From positions 1-55,784 of the IMG/VR virus record IMGVR_UViG_3300049982_000336: a stretch of 55,784 nt of DNA. One strand, given 5' to 3'. The notes under the pieces are model-generated. The model did not search any database and was not told where the DNA came from. It saw only the letters and a list, made by a program, of their open reading frames with translations. The DNA is from a virus (lineage: Duplodnaviria > Caudoviricetes). A program made the position numbers and the translations under genes. This document shows positions 17,688 to 26,486 of this stretch, one piece after another (position 1 is the stretch's first letter; each line of letters opens with the position of its first letter).

Positions 17688-20285
17688 TTGACCGACACCG
17701 CCATCCTGGAAACCGCGATCCAGCTCCACGACGCAGGCCTGTGCGTCATCCCCGTCGCGGCCGATGGCCAGAAAAGACCCGCCGTCCGCTGGAGGCAGTA
17801 CACCGCCGCCGGGGGAGGCGAACCCCGCCCCGACCGCGACCAACTCGAAGCATGGTTCACCAACGGCCAATTCGACGGGCTCGGCATCGTCTGCGGCGCC
17901 GCGAGCGGCGGCCTGGAAATGCTCGAGTTCGAAGGCCGCGCCGTCCGCGAAGACGTCGCCGCCCGGCTCACCGAACTCGCCAACGGATCCGGTCTCGGCG
18001 ACCTGTGGCAGCGCGTCTGCTCCGGGTACATGGAAGCCACCCCCGGCGGAGGTATCCATCTGTACTACCGGGTGGCAGGAGACGACGCCCGCAACGCAAA
18101 ACTCGCCTCCCGCCCCGCCCGCGACGACGAGCTCGACGACCGCGAGCGCGCCGTCCGAGCCGAAAAGCCCCACGCCACCTTCACCCGCGTCCTGGTAGAG
18201 ACCCGCGCCGAAGGTGGCTTCGTCGTCGTCGCCCCGTCCGGCGGCCGCTCCCACCCCGACGGCGGCTCGTGGGTGCTCCTGGCCGGCGGCCCCAGCTCGA
18301 TCCCCACGCTCACCGTCGAAGAACGCGACGCCCTCCACCACCTGGGCGCCGCGTTCGACCAGATGCCCCTCCCCGACGCCACCCCAGCGGCCGCCGCCCC
18401 GCCGCCGAGCTCGCCCCTGTTCACCCAGCCCGCCTCGCCCTACGACGACGACGGAACCCCGCCCGGCACCGACTACAACGACCGCACCCGGTGGGAAGAC
18501 ATCCTCACCCCACGCGGCTGGACCCGGGTGTTCACCGACAGCCACGGCGTCACCTACTGGCGGCGCCCCGGCAAGAAGACCGGTTTCTCCGCGACCACCG
18601 GGCGCAACGACGCCGACAACCTGTACGTGTGGTCCACCTCCACCGAATTCGAAACTGAGCGGCCCTACGACAAGTTCGGCGCCCACACCCTCCTGGAGTA
18701 CGGGTCCACCAGCCCGGCCGCCCTCAGTAGCGCCGCGCAGGCCCTCGCCGCCGCCGGGTACGGCCACCGCCCCGAACCAACCAGGGCCGCCCCCGCCCCG
18801 GCCGCTCCGCCGCTCGTCGACCCCACCCCCGGCCCCGCCCCCACACCCGCCGTTGTTGTCGAGGAGCGCACCCTCGCGCACTCCGACGACGGCAACGCCC
18901 TCGACCTCGTGCAGGAGTACGGCACCGTCATCCGGTACGTGCCCGACCGTGGCCGGTGGCTCGCATGGACCGGCACTCTGTGGGAGTGGCAGCCCGTCAG
19001 CGGGGGATTGGTCCGCGAGTACGCCAAGCGCATCGCCCGCGCCCTCCCCGACGAAGACAAGGCCGCCACAGCGCACAAGAAGAAGGCGCTGTCCGCGAAC
19101 GGCGTCGGCGCCATGCTCACCCAGGCCGCCACCGACGTCCGCGTCGTCACCCCCTTCGACCAGCTCGACGCCCACCCCTGGGAGCTCAACACCCCCGCCG
19201 GCATCGTCGACCTCCGCACGGGCCTCCTCGGCCCCTCAGACGCCTCCCGCCTCCACACCAAGGTCACCAGGTGCGCCCCCGACTTCGGAGCCGACAGGGC
19301 CCGCTGGGAGGAGTTCCTGGCCGACACCTTCAACGGCGACGACGAGCTCGTCGGCTACCTCCAGCGGCTCGTCGGATACTCCGCTACCGGGTCCGTGGCC
19401 AAGCACGTCTTGCCCTTCGCCGTCGGCTCCGGCGGCAACGGTAAGGGCGTTTTCCTTGAATCGTTGACGGCTGTTCTCGGCGATTATGCGACCACCGCGC
19501 CGAGCGGATTCCTCATGGCCAAGGCCAGCATTCAACATGAGACGGAGATTGCACGCCTGGCCGGTATGAGAATGGTCGTGTGTAGTGAGGTCGCCGACGA
19601 TGACCGTTTCGATGAGGTGAAAGTCAAGCAGCTCACCGGTGGCGACACTTTGACGGCCCGTTTCATGAGGCAGGACCATTTCACTTTCCGCCCGTCCCAC
19701 CATTTGTGGCTCATGGGAAACCACCAGCCGACCGTCCGCGCGGGCGGTCGCGCGTTCTGGCGTCGCCTCCGGTTGATCCCGTTCTTGCACGAGGTGCCCA
19801 TCGAGCGGATGGTGGATGACCTGCAAGAACAGCTCGCCGCCGAGCACGGGCCCGCCCTGATGGCGTGGATCGTGCAGGGCGCCGCCGCGTACGCCGCGGG
19901 AGGCCTCCAGGAGCCTGAGAGCGTCACCGCCGCCACCGGGGCCTACGCCGCTGACCAGGACACCGTTGCCCGGTTCGTCGAGGAGATGTGCCACCTGGCC
20001 CCGGGCAGCGTCCAGGTGCAGATCAAGACGGCCCGGCTCCGCGAGGCCTACGAGAAGTGGGCCTACGGGGAAGGAGAGGAGCCGGTCTCGGCGAAGAAGC
20101 TCACCATGGAGCTCACCCGCCGGTACGCCATCGGGCAGACCCGAACCGGCACCGCCCGCTTCTACACAGGCATCACGATCATCGAAGACGAGCCGAACAC
20201 ATCTGTCACAGAGCCCGCCGAGCGGGCGCCGTTCGCACAACCGTCACAGCCCGAGCAGGACAAGATCGGCGGGCCAGGATGGTGA
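17688..20285 (+). CDS. Bifunctional primase-polymerase fused to a P4/D5-like SF3 helicase
   Basis: GLCVIP...KRP, TPGGGIHLYYR, ETRAEGGFVVVAPS; D5_N region; GSGGNGKG Walker A; KQLTGGD...ARFMRQD. Confidence 0.93.
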   Translation: MTDTAILETAIQLHDAGLCVIPVAADGQKRPAVRWRQYTAAGGGEPRPDRDQLEAWFTNGQFDGLGIVCGAASGGLEMLEFEGRAVREDVAARLTELANGSGLGDLWQRVCSGYMEATPGGGIHLYYRVAGDDARNAKLASRPARDDELDDRERAVRAEKPHATFTRVLVETRAEGGFVVVAPSGGRSHPDGGSWVLLAGGPSSIPTLTVEERDALHHLGAAFDQMPLPDATPAAAAPPPSSPLFTQPASPYDDDGTPPGTDYNDRTRWEDILTPRGWTRVFTDSHGVTYWRRPGKKTGFSATTGRNDADNLYVWSTSTEFETERPYDKFGAHTLLEYGSTSPAALSSAAQALAAAGYGHRPEPTRAAPAPAAPPLVDPTPGPAPTPAVVVEERTLAHSDDGNALDLVQEYGTVIRYVPDRGRWLAWTGTLWEWQPVSGGLVREYAKRIARALPDEDKAATAHKKKALSANGVGAMLTQAATDVRVVTPFDQLDAHPWELNTPAGIVDLRTGLLGPSDASRLHTKVTRCAPDFGADRARWEEFLADTFNGDDELVGYLQRLVGYSATGSVAKHVLPFAVGSGGNGKGVFLESLTAVLGDYATTAPSGFLMAKASIQHETEIARLAGMRMVVCSEVADDDRFDEVKVKQLTGGDTLTARFMRQDHFTFRPSHHLWLMGNHQPTVRAGGRAFWRRLRLIPFLHEVPIERMVDDLQEQLAAEHGPALMAWIVQGAAAYAAGGLQEPESVTAATGAYAADQDTVARFVEEMCHLAPGSVQVQIKTARLREAYEKWAYGEGEEPVSAKKLTMELTRRYAIGQTRTGTARFYTGITIIEDEPNTSVTEPAERAPFAQPSQPEQDKIGGPGW

Positions 20286-20525
20286 CCGGTCGCCACAGCA
20301 AGATCACGGCCCAGGGGATGACAGATGCATGTGTCACATCCGTCATCCCGACCACCTCACGTGTGAGCTGGGAAAACTCGGCTTCCCCGACCAGCGGTGT
20401 GACGGATGACAGATTTTCCCGCGTTCCCCCCTACGCGTGTGCGTATATGTGCGCCCGCGTGACGTGCGCGCACGCACCTAAGGGCTCATATGGGAGTACC
20501 TGTCACAACTGTCATCCGTCAGGGC
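20200..20525. other. Putative replication origin (iterons plus alternating purine/pyrimidine tract)
   Basis: Multiple TGACA/TGACG repeats in both orientations, e.g. GTGACGGATGACAG 20399-20412 and CTGTCATCCGTCA 20509-20521, directly after the primase-helicase. Confidence 0.8.
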
Positions 20526-20532
20526 AGCCATC

Positions 20533-20889
20533 ATGATCTTCATGACGACCCCGGCCGTCCTCGACACCTGCCACCGATGCGGCCGGCCCCTCCTCATCGG
20601 CCACTCCGAAGGCCTCCACACCCGCGCCACCGCCACACCGATCGACCCCCTGGGCGAAGTCGAAGCCCTCGGCGCCGGCCTGTTCACCTACGACGTCCAA
20701 CTCGAAGGCCTACCCCGGCGGCCGCACCTGATCTACCGATGCCAATTCAGAATCCGCGCACCACGCAAATGGAATGTGGTCGCCGCTCACCGATGTCCAC
20801 CGGGCCCGCATTTCCCCGTCCGACCCGGCCCGCCGATTGAACTGTCCGTCCCGTACGGGGTGCCCGACCCTGACCAGCCGCCGTTCTGA
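20533..20889 (+). CDS. Hypothetical Zn-binding protein
   Basis: CHRCG...AAHRC, C-terminal PPF. Confidence 0.7.
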   Translation: MIFMTTPAVLDTCHRCGRPLLIGHSEGLHTRATATPIDPLGEVEALGAGLFTYDVQLEGLPRRPHLIYRCQFRIRAPRKWNVVAAHRCPPGPHFPVRPGPPIELSVPYGVPDPDQPPF

Positions 20890-20910
20890 AACCGGAGGAG
20901 ACACACCCAT

Positions 20911-21621
20911 ATGAGCACGCTGGGAAACACCATTTACAACCTGGGATGGGTCATCGCGTTTTGGGAGGACCTGAGTGAATCCCGGCTCCCCGGAACCGTG
21001 CGGCCGTGGCGGCAAATGATCCTCACCGGAGAACAGGCAGAGGAACGCGACTATCAGGTGCGCCTGGAAAGGTTCGACGCGATCTCCGCGATGCCGGGGG
21101 AGCACCCCGCGCCCATCGACCTTCGGGTGCTGGACCTCATGCGAGGCATTTTGACCGAGGCCGAGAATTTGGCGTGGATCGTGGCGAGCAACACCCGGTG
21201 GGGAACCTTCCATTGGCCCGGCTCGCCCAGGCCCGGCATCGTGGACGCCCGGCCGTACCTGGAGCTGGCCCGCCAGCACATCACCGAGGACCTCGCCGAG
21301 TACGCCGCCCCCATCACCGGGCGTATGGCCACCCAGGTGGCCCACGCCCTGTCATTGATCTCCGACGGCCAGACCCTCAACATCGTGTGCCCCTGGTGCC
21401 GCGGCGTCACCCCGGAGAGCCCGGCCGGCGGGGAACGCACCTGGCGTATCCGCGTGCTGCCGGGTGATCAGATCGCGATCGTGTGTGAGGGGGTGTGTGA
21501 GCCGCCCTCGAAGGATGTGGGGACGTGGTGGCGGGGCCGGCCGTGCTGGCCGCTCAACTCGTGGAGGTGGCTCGCCAAGCGCGTGCACGCCGCCGACACC
21601 CGCGAGAAGATGAGCGCATGA
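20911..21621 (+). CDS. Hypothetical protein, possible late-gene regulator
   Basis: GGAGG RBS, CPWC...CEGVC, last large gene before the packaging module. Confidence 0.7.
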   Translation: MSTLGNTIYNLGWVIAFWEDLSESRLPGTVRPWRQMILTGEQAEERDYQVRLERFDAISAMPGEHPAPIDLRVLDLMRGILTEAENLAWIVASNTRWGTFHWPGSPRPGIVDARPYLELARQHITEDLAEYAAPITGRMATQVAHALSLISDGQTLNIVCPWCRGVTPESPAGGERTWRIRVLPGDQIAIVCEGVCEPPSKDVGTWWRGRPCWPLNSWRWLAKRVHAADTREKMSA

Positions 21622-21797
21622 AGACCGCTCCTCCCGCGTTCCTGGTGGAAGCCTGGACCGAAGCTCGGAAGTTCACACCGCGAGCCGTTGGCGAGGTTCT
21701 GTTCTTGTGGGCCCGGAACCCCGATGCGTGGTGGTTCGCCCTCGGCATGACCGGCTGGCTCGTCGCGACCGCGTTCGGGATCCGGATGTTGTCGTGA
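21618..21797 (+). CDS. Small membrane protein
   Basis: ATGA overlap, C-terminal TM segment. Confidence 0.5.
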   Translation: MKTAPPAFLVEAWTEARKFTPRAVGEVLFLWARNPDAWWFALGMTGWLVATAFGIRMLS

Positions 21798-21803
21798 CCT
21801 GGG

Positions 21804-21833
21804 TTGACGCGGGTTATCCACAGATGGCATGAT
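21804..21833 (+). promoter_or_regulatory. Putative late promoter containing a DnaA-box sequence
   Basis: TTGACG-N18-CATGAT with TTATCCACA at 21814-21822. Confidence 0.5.
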
Positions 21834-21913
21834 CCAAGCGCCTCCGGCATGCCCGGAAACAGCGAGCCCCGCAGCCACCACGCGCGGGGCTCTCGTCATG
21901 TCCGGGGGTGCTC

Positions 21914-22027
21914 ATGTGCCTCCTCTTCCACCAATGGGACCTGGTCGAGGTCATCGGCGACGTCTGGACCTACCAGTGTCGTAAGTGCCCCAAGACGAAG
22001 ACCGACGTTCGGAAGCGACGGGGGTGA
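21914..22027 (+). CDS. 37 aa Zn-ribbon microprotein (not in ORF track)
   Basis: MCLLFHQWDLVEVIGDVWTYQCRKCPKTKTDVRKRRG, GGGGGTG RBS. Confidence 0.6.
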   Translation: MCLLFHQWDLVEVIGDVWTYQCRKCPKTKTDVRKRRG

Positions 22028-22033
22028 GCGCGT

Positions 22034-22501
22034 GTGCCAGCACCCATCCCCGACGACACCCGCGCCGCCATCCTTGAGGACATCACGGCTAGTGAGAAGT
22101 CGCGAGCGCAGATCTCGCGTGACCACGCAGTAAGTACGACCAGCGTCAGCAAGATTGCCAAAGACGCAGGGATCGTCTCGCCGTTCTCTCGGGAGAAGAC
22201 CAAAAAGGCGACTGAGGCCAGCATCGTCGATCACAAGGCGCGGTTGTCCAAGGCGGCCCGGCGTTCCCTCGGCGTGTTCGAGACGATCATCGGTTCGTAC
22301 GAGAAGATGACCAGCGCGCAGTGGGACAAGGTCCATCCGCGTGATCGCGGCATTATCGCTGGCATCATGGCCGACAAGGCGCGCGAGCTCGAACCACCAG
22401 ACGACAACGGCGCGGCCGCCGGACGCAGCATGCTCGGCGCGCTGGCCGCCGGCCTGCAACTCGCCTACGACCAGCTCCCCCCCGATGACGATCAATCTTG
22501 A
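22034..22501 (+). CDS. Terminase small subunit (HTH type)
   Basis: N-terminal HTH (SRAQISRDHAVSTTSVSKIAK), overlaps terL. Confidence 0.75.
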   Translation: MPAPIPDDTRAAILEDITASEKSRAQISRDHAVSTTSVSKIAKDAGIVSPFSREKTKKATEASIVDHKARLSKAARRSLGVFETIIGSYEKMTSAQWDKVHPRDRGIIAGIMADKARELEPPDDNGAAAGRSMLGALAAGLQLAYDQLPPDDDQS

Positions 22502-23768
22502 CCTGGTCACCAGCGCCCTGGCCCCGAAACAGATCCGCAGCATCGTCGAGGCGCAGGCCCGGATCAACCTGTGGGAGGGCGCGGTCCGGTCGGGGAAGAC
22601 CATCTCCTCGTTGCTGCGCTGGCTCATGTTCGTCGCCGAGGCGCCGACCGGCGGCGAGCTCGTCATGGTCGGCCGCACCCGCGACTCCATCTCACGCAAC
22701 GCCTTCGGCCCGCTGACCAACCCCGACATCTTCGGCGTCCTGGCCTCCCAGGTGCAGTACACCAACGGCGCGGCGACCGCGACGATCCTCGGCCGCACCG
22801 TGCACGTCCTGGGCGCCAACGACGCCAAGGCCGAGCCGAAGGTCCGGGGCATGACCGGGGCCGGCGCCTACGTCGACGAGGCCACCACGCTCCCGAAGGC
22901 GTTCTTCGACCAGCTCAACGCCCGCTGTTCGGTCGCCGGCGCCAAGCTGTTCGTGACCACCAACCCGGACAACCCGGCGCACTGGCTGCGTAAGCACTAC
23001 ATGCTCCGCCCGGGGGAGACCGGCCTACGGTCGTGGCACTTCGTCCTCGACGACAATCCGCATCTGGATCCGCAGTACGTGGCCACGCTGAAGAGCACGC
23101 ACGTCGGCCTGTGGTATCTGCGGTTCGTTCTCGGCCGCTGGGTCCAAGCCGAGGGCGCCGTGTACGACATGTTCGACGAGCGGCACCACGTCGTCGACAT
23201 CCTCCCGAACATCGTCCGCTGGATCGCCCTGGGCATCGACTACGGCACGACGAACCCGTTCGCCGCGCTCATGCTCGGCCTGGGCGCCGACGGCCGGCTG
23301 TACCTCACCCACGAGTACCGGTACGACTCCAAGACGGCGCACCGGTCCCTCACCGACCACGAATACTCCAAGCGGCTCCGCCAGTGGATGGACGACGCGC
23401 CGATCCCGCACACCATGGCGCGCGGCATCCGCCCCGAGTACGTCGTCGTCGACCCCTCGGCCAAGTCGTTCCGCGTCCAGCTACACGCAGATGGGATGAC
23501 CTCAAGGCTCGGCGACAACGAGGTCCTCCCCGGGATCCGCACCATGGCGTCGCTGTTGGCCACGCGCCAGCTGCTTGTCCACCGGTCGTGTGTCGGACTG
23601 CTGGAGGAGATCCCCGGCTACGTGTGGGACGACAAGAAGTCCGAGCTCGGCGAGGACGCCGTCATCAAGGCCAATGACCATTCGCTGGACGGCGCACGGT
23701 ACGCGCTCCACACAACCCGCTCGATCTGGCGTGACCAGCTGGCTGAGCCCTATCTGGAGGCAGCATGA
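22485..23768 (+). CDS. terL: Terminase large subunit (PBSX-like)
   Basis: GAVRSGKT, YVDEA, TTNPDNP.HW, GIDYG, VDPSA, NDHSLDGARY. Confidence 0.95.
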   Translation: MTINLDLVTSALAPKQIRSIVEAQARINLWEGAVRSGKTISSLLRWLMFVAEAPTGGELVMVGRTRDSISRNAFGPLTNPDIFGVLASQVQYTNGAATATILGRTVHVLGANDAKAEPKVRGMTGAGAYVDEATTLPKAFFDQLNARCSVAGAKLFVTTNPDNPAHWLRKHYMLRPGETGLRSWHFVLDDNPHLDPQYVATLKSTHVGLWYLRFVLGRWVQAEGAVYDMFDERHHVVDILPNIVRWIALGIDYGTTNPFAALMLGLGADGRLYLTHEYRYDSKTAHRSLTDHEYSKRLRQWMDDAPIPHTMARGIRPEYVVVDPSAKSFRVQLHADGMTSRLGDNEVLPGIRTMASLLATRQLLVHRSCVGLLEEIPGYVWDDKKSELGEDAVIKANDHSLDGARYALHTTRSIWRDQLAEPYLEAA

Positions 23769-24082
23769 CCCCGACCCTCGGGCGCGTCGTCCACTACAAG
23801 CTCACCGAGCAGGACGCCGTCATGATCAACCGTCGTCGCGACGACTTCGACGCCTTCCGACTCGGCGACGGCCGAGGCAAACGCGGCACCGGCCACGTCG
23901 CCCACGTCGGCAACACGGCCCGCGGCGGCGACGTCTACCCGGCGATCGTCGTCCGCACGTTCGACCCCACGATCAGCACCTGCAACCTCCAGGTGTTCCT
24001 TGACGGCAACGACGCCTACTGGGCGACCAGCCGCGTTGAGGGCGATGAGGCCGGCCAATGGACTTGGCCCTCGCGCATTTGA
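23765..24082 (+). CDS. Hypothetical protein, PxxGxxVHY...WxWP family (paralog A)
   Basis: PTLGRVVHY...PAIV...NLQVFLDG...GQWTWP, coupled to the terL stop. Confidence 0.8.
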   Translation: MTPTLGRVVHYKLTEQDAVMINRRRDDFDAFRLGDGRGKRGTGHVAHVGNTARGGDVYPAIVVRTFDPTISTCNLQVFLDGNDAYWATSRVEGDEAGQWTWPSRI

Positions 24083-24120
24083 CGATTCCCCCTCCGCCCT
24101 CCCTTCCCCTGGAGATCGAC

Positions 24121-24597
24121 ATGACCGCCGAGAACATCGCCCAGGCCTTCCACGAGACGTACGAGCGTCTCGCCCCGGACCACGGTTACGAGACGCGCGA
24201 GGCCTCGGCCAAGCCGTGGGATCAGGTGCCCGAGCAGAACAAGAGCCTCATGATCGCGGTGGTCGACTCGCTGCTCGCCGAGGGGATCATCAGCGAGGAG
24301 GGCTGGGTCGACGGTGAGACCGCCCTCCCCTCGCTGATCCCCGCCGTCGGTGACCGCGTCCACTACGTGTCGTACGGCACGCCCGGCGGCGAGTACCCGA
24401 GCGTCTGCCGCGCGGCCATCGTCACCGCCGTGGACACCTACCAGGACGGCGAAGGCGGCGGCGGACTCCATGTCGGCCACGTCAGCCTCGCCGTGCTCAA
24501 CCCGGAGGGCCTGTTCTTCAACCGTGCCGTCTTGCAGGACGAGATGTCGGAGGAGCCGCGCGGCGGCACGTGGCATTGGCCCGAGTGCACTGCATAA
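24121..24597 (+). CDS. Two-domain protein: small helical N-domain plus PxxGxxVHY...WxWP domain (paralog B)
   Basis: AENIAQAFHETYERLAPDHGY...PWDQVPEQNK, then PAVGDRVHY...AAIV...GTWHWP. GGAG RBS. Confidence 0.8.
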   Translation: MTAENIAQAFHETYERLAPDHGYETREASAKPWDQVPEQNKSLMIAVVDSLLAEGIISEEGWVDGETALPSLIPAVGDRVHYVSYGTPGGEYPSVCRAAIVTAVDTYQDGEGGGGLHVGHVSLAVLNPEGLFFNRAVLQDEMSEEPRGGTWHWPECTA

Positions 24598-24757
24598 ACG
24601 GCTGCATGACCATGCAAGAACCGGTCATTGCGTCGTCTTTCGGGCACAAGATCGCTCCGGTTGGCGTTTCCGCAGGTGGTAACCCAGCAGAGCAACGACT
24701 CTGTTCCGTTACCAGTGAGTAACCAGTTTTCGCCCTCTCCCTCCCCTGGAGATCCCC

Positions 24758-25183
24758 ATGGCCGTTCTGCCTCCTATTGAGATGACCGCCGAACTCACCA
24801 TCAACGTGCCAGAGTCGATGCGGCAGGCACTGATCGCGCTCGGCTGGACGCCGCCGGCAGAGACCGTCGAGCTCGCGCCGAACCCCAACGAGACGGCCAG
24901 CCTCTACCGCGAGCGCGCCGCCTTGGTCGCGCACCTCGCCGCCGTCTACCCCTCGGCCATCGTGCACGACGCCGACCCTGAGGCGCCCGGCTGGTCCGTG
25001 GTCTTCATCCACACGCCGAAGGGCCAGATGTCCTGGCACCTGTCCGGCGACGACCTCGACCTGTTCGGCCACGTGCTTACGTCAACGACCGACCGATGGG
25101 ACGGGCACACCACCGAGGAGAAGTACGAGCGCCTCGCCGCGCTCACCCGCGCGACCGCCGCCGCCCGCACCACCAGCGGCTGA
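24758..25183 (+). CDS. WDGH-motif protein, Tad1-like anti-Thoeris/CBASS sponge candidate
   Basis: LYRERAAL...GWSVVFIHTPKGQMSWH...DLF...WDGHTTEEKYERL matches the Tad1 motif order as I recall it. Confidence 0.7.
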   Translation: MAVLPPIEMTAELTINVPESMRQALIALGWTPPAETVELAPNPNETASLYRERAALVAHLAAVYPSAIVHDADPEAPGWSVVFIHTPKGQMSWHLSGDDLDLFGHVLTSTTDRWDGHTTEEKYERLAALTRATAAARTTSG

Positions 25184-25196
25184 CGGGTTGCTTGCT

Positions 25197-25874
25197 CTAG
25201 CTGGTAATTCTTCCCAGGAAGAAGCCCAGCACGAGGAACAACGCGCCACCGATGATCTGCACTATCCAGTCGTCCCGTGTCCGACGCCAGAACGGCGGCC
25301 GGTCAACAAGATAGGCGTTCACCAAGATCGCGCCCACGACGCCTCTTCGTCGCAGCCACCTCACGTACACGAGCAAGAGTGTGGCTGTTGCCATCATCGT
25401 GATGAGCAGCGGGTAGATGGAGCCTACGACCGGCGTGCCCTTGAGCTGCTGAAATGCCGCGATAAGTGAAATTGTGGCGGATGTCGCAGCGATTATGGTG
25501 CTCAGGAGTACCAGTAGCTTGTACATCGGACGACGACGACGGCCGGGACGTCGACATACGTCTTGGATTCGACTGAGGATTCCTCGGCTGAGAGTGTTGG
25601 GCTCAGTGAGTGTCACGCGTGATCCATATGCATCGAATATGACATTGACGCCCTGGCCCTCCAACGTCGCCGCAGTGAAGGACAAACTCGTCGGCCTCTC
25701 CGGCAGCTCAGCGAAATCCTTCGGATCGTATGCAGCGAAGGTCTCGTCACACGTGATCAGCAACGGCCCTAGCTCTTCGACCGTGGATGCGATCTCTTCG
25801 AGATCTTCGCGATAGAGCTTCACGGGGCCCAGTTCGGTCGTCTCTTTCCGATCCTTGATCCGCTCAACAGGCAT
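25197..25874 (-). CDS. Moron: multi-TM membrane protein
   Basis: Reverse strand, lower GC, soluble N-domain plus 2-3 TM helices. Confidence 0.7.
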   Translation of the reverse strand: MPVERIKDRKETTELGPVKLYREDLEEIASTVEELGPLLITCDETFAAYDPKDFAELPERPTSLSFTAATLEGQGVNVIFDAYGSRVTLTEPNTLSRGILSRIQDVCRRPGRRRRPMYKLLVLLSTIIAATSATISLIAAFQQLKGTPVVGSIYPLLITMMATATLLLVYVRWLRRRGVVGAILVNAYLVDRPPFWRRTRDDWIVQIIGGALFLVLGFFLGRITS

Positions 25875-25946
25875 GCACAAATCGTGGCGTATCCGTCACG
25901 CACAACGTGCTACAACAGCTCAACTGTGACCTGAGAGGACACCCTC

Positions 25947-26258
25947 ATGGACTTCGGCGTCGCCCTGTCCAACCTCAAGCAAGGCATGAAGGCCACCCGC
26001 GAAGGGTGGAACGCCTCCGGGCAGTTCGTCGTCCTCCAGGCCGGCTACCCGGACGGCATCGGCATCAACGCCAACACCGCGGCGGCGACCGGCGTCCTGG
26101 AGGGCACCGTCTGCCGGTTCCGGCCGTACCTGATGCTGCGGACGGCGGACGGCAGCTTCGTCCCGTGGGCGCCGACCGTGAGCGATGTCCTGGCCGAGGA
26201 CTGGCTCATCGCCAGCCCGGATGGCAACATCACCTGGCCCGACGGAACCCGGGCCTGA
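25947..26258 (+). CDS. DUF2829 protein, Tad2-like sponge candidate
   Basis: MDFGVALSNLKQGMKATREGWN...PYLML.TADG..VPWAPTVSDVLAEDW. Confidence 0.88.
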   Translation: MDFGVALSNLKQGMKATREGWNASGQFVVLQAGYPDGIGINANTAAATGVLEGTVCRFRPYLMLRTADGSFVPWAPTVSDVLAEDWLIASPDGNITWPDGTRA

Positions 26259-26324
26259 TGGCCGGCGGCCGAGGCCCCATCTCGGCCAACACCTGACGGC
26301 GTTGGTCGAGGTTAGCCTGATCGG

Positions 26325-26486
26325 CTAGTTGATGCGCTCGACCTCGTCGATCTCGGACCAGCGGATGCGCAGGACCACGTCGTTGCCGTTGTAGAGCGTC
26401 AACCAGTACCGCTCGACCGTGCCCGAGTCGTAGACGATCAGGTCGCCGCGCTTCCGATTGCGCTTCACGATTTTCGCGAGAGCCAT
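26325..26486 (-). CDS. Moron: 53 aa protein (not in ORF track)
   Basis: GAAAGGGG RBS; MALAKIVKRNRKRGDLIVYDSGTVERYWLTLYNGNDVVLRIRWSEIDEVERIN; AT-richer upstream region with TACAAT on the minus strand. Confidence 0.65.
   Translation of the reverse strand: MALAKIVKRNRKRGDLIVYDSGTVERYWLTLYNGNDVVLRIRWSEIDEVERIN

Noticed and set aside
24600-24730. Structured ncRNA in the hotspot intergenic gap
   Set aside because: Only one moderate hairpin (GGTAAC...GTTACC) is visible, which is insufficient without covariation data.
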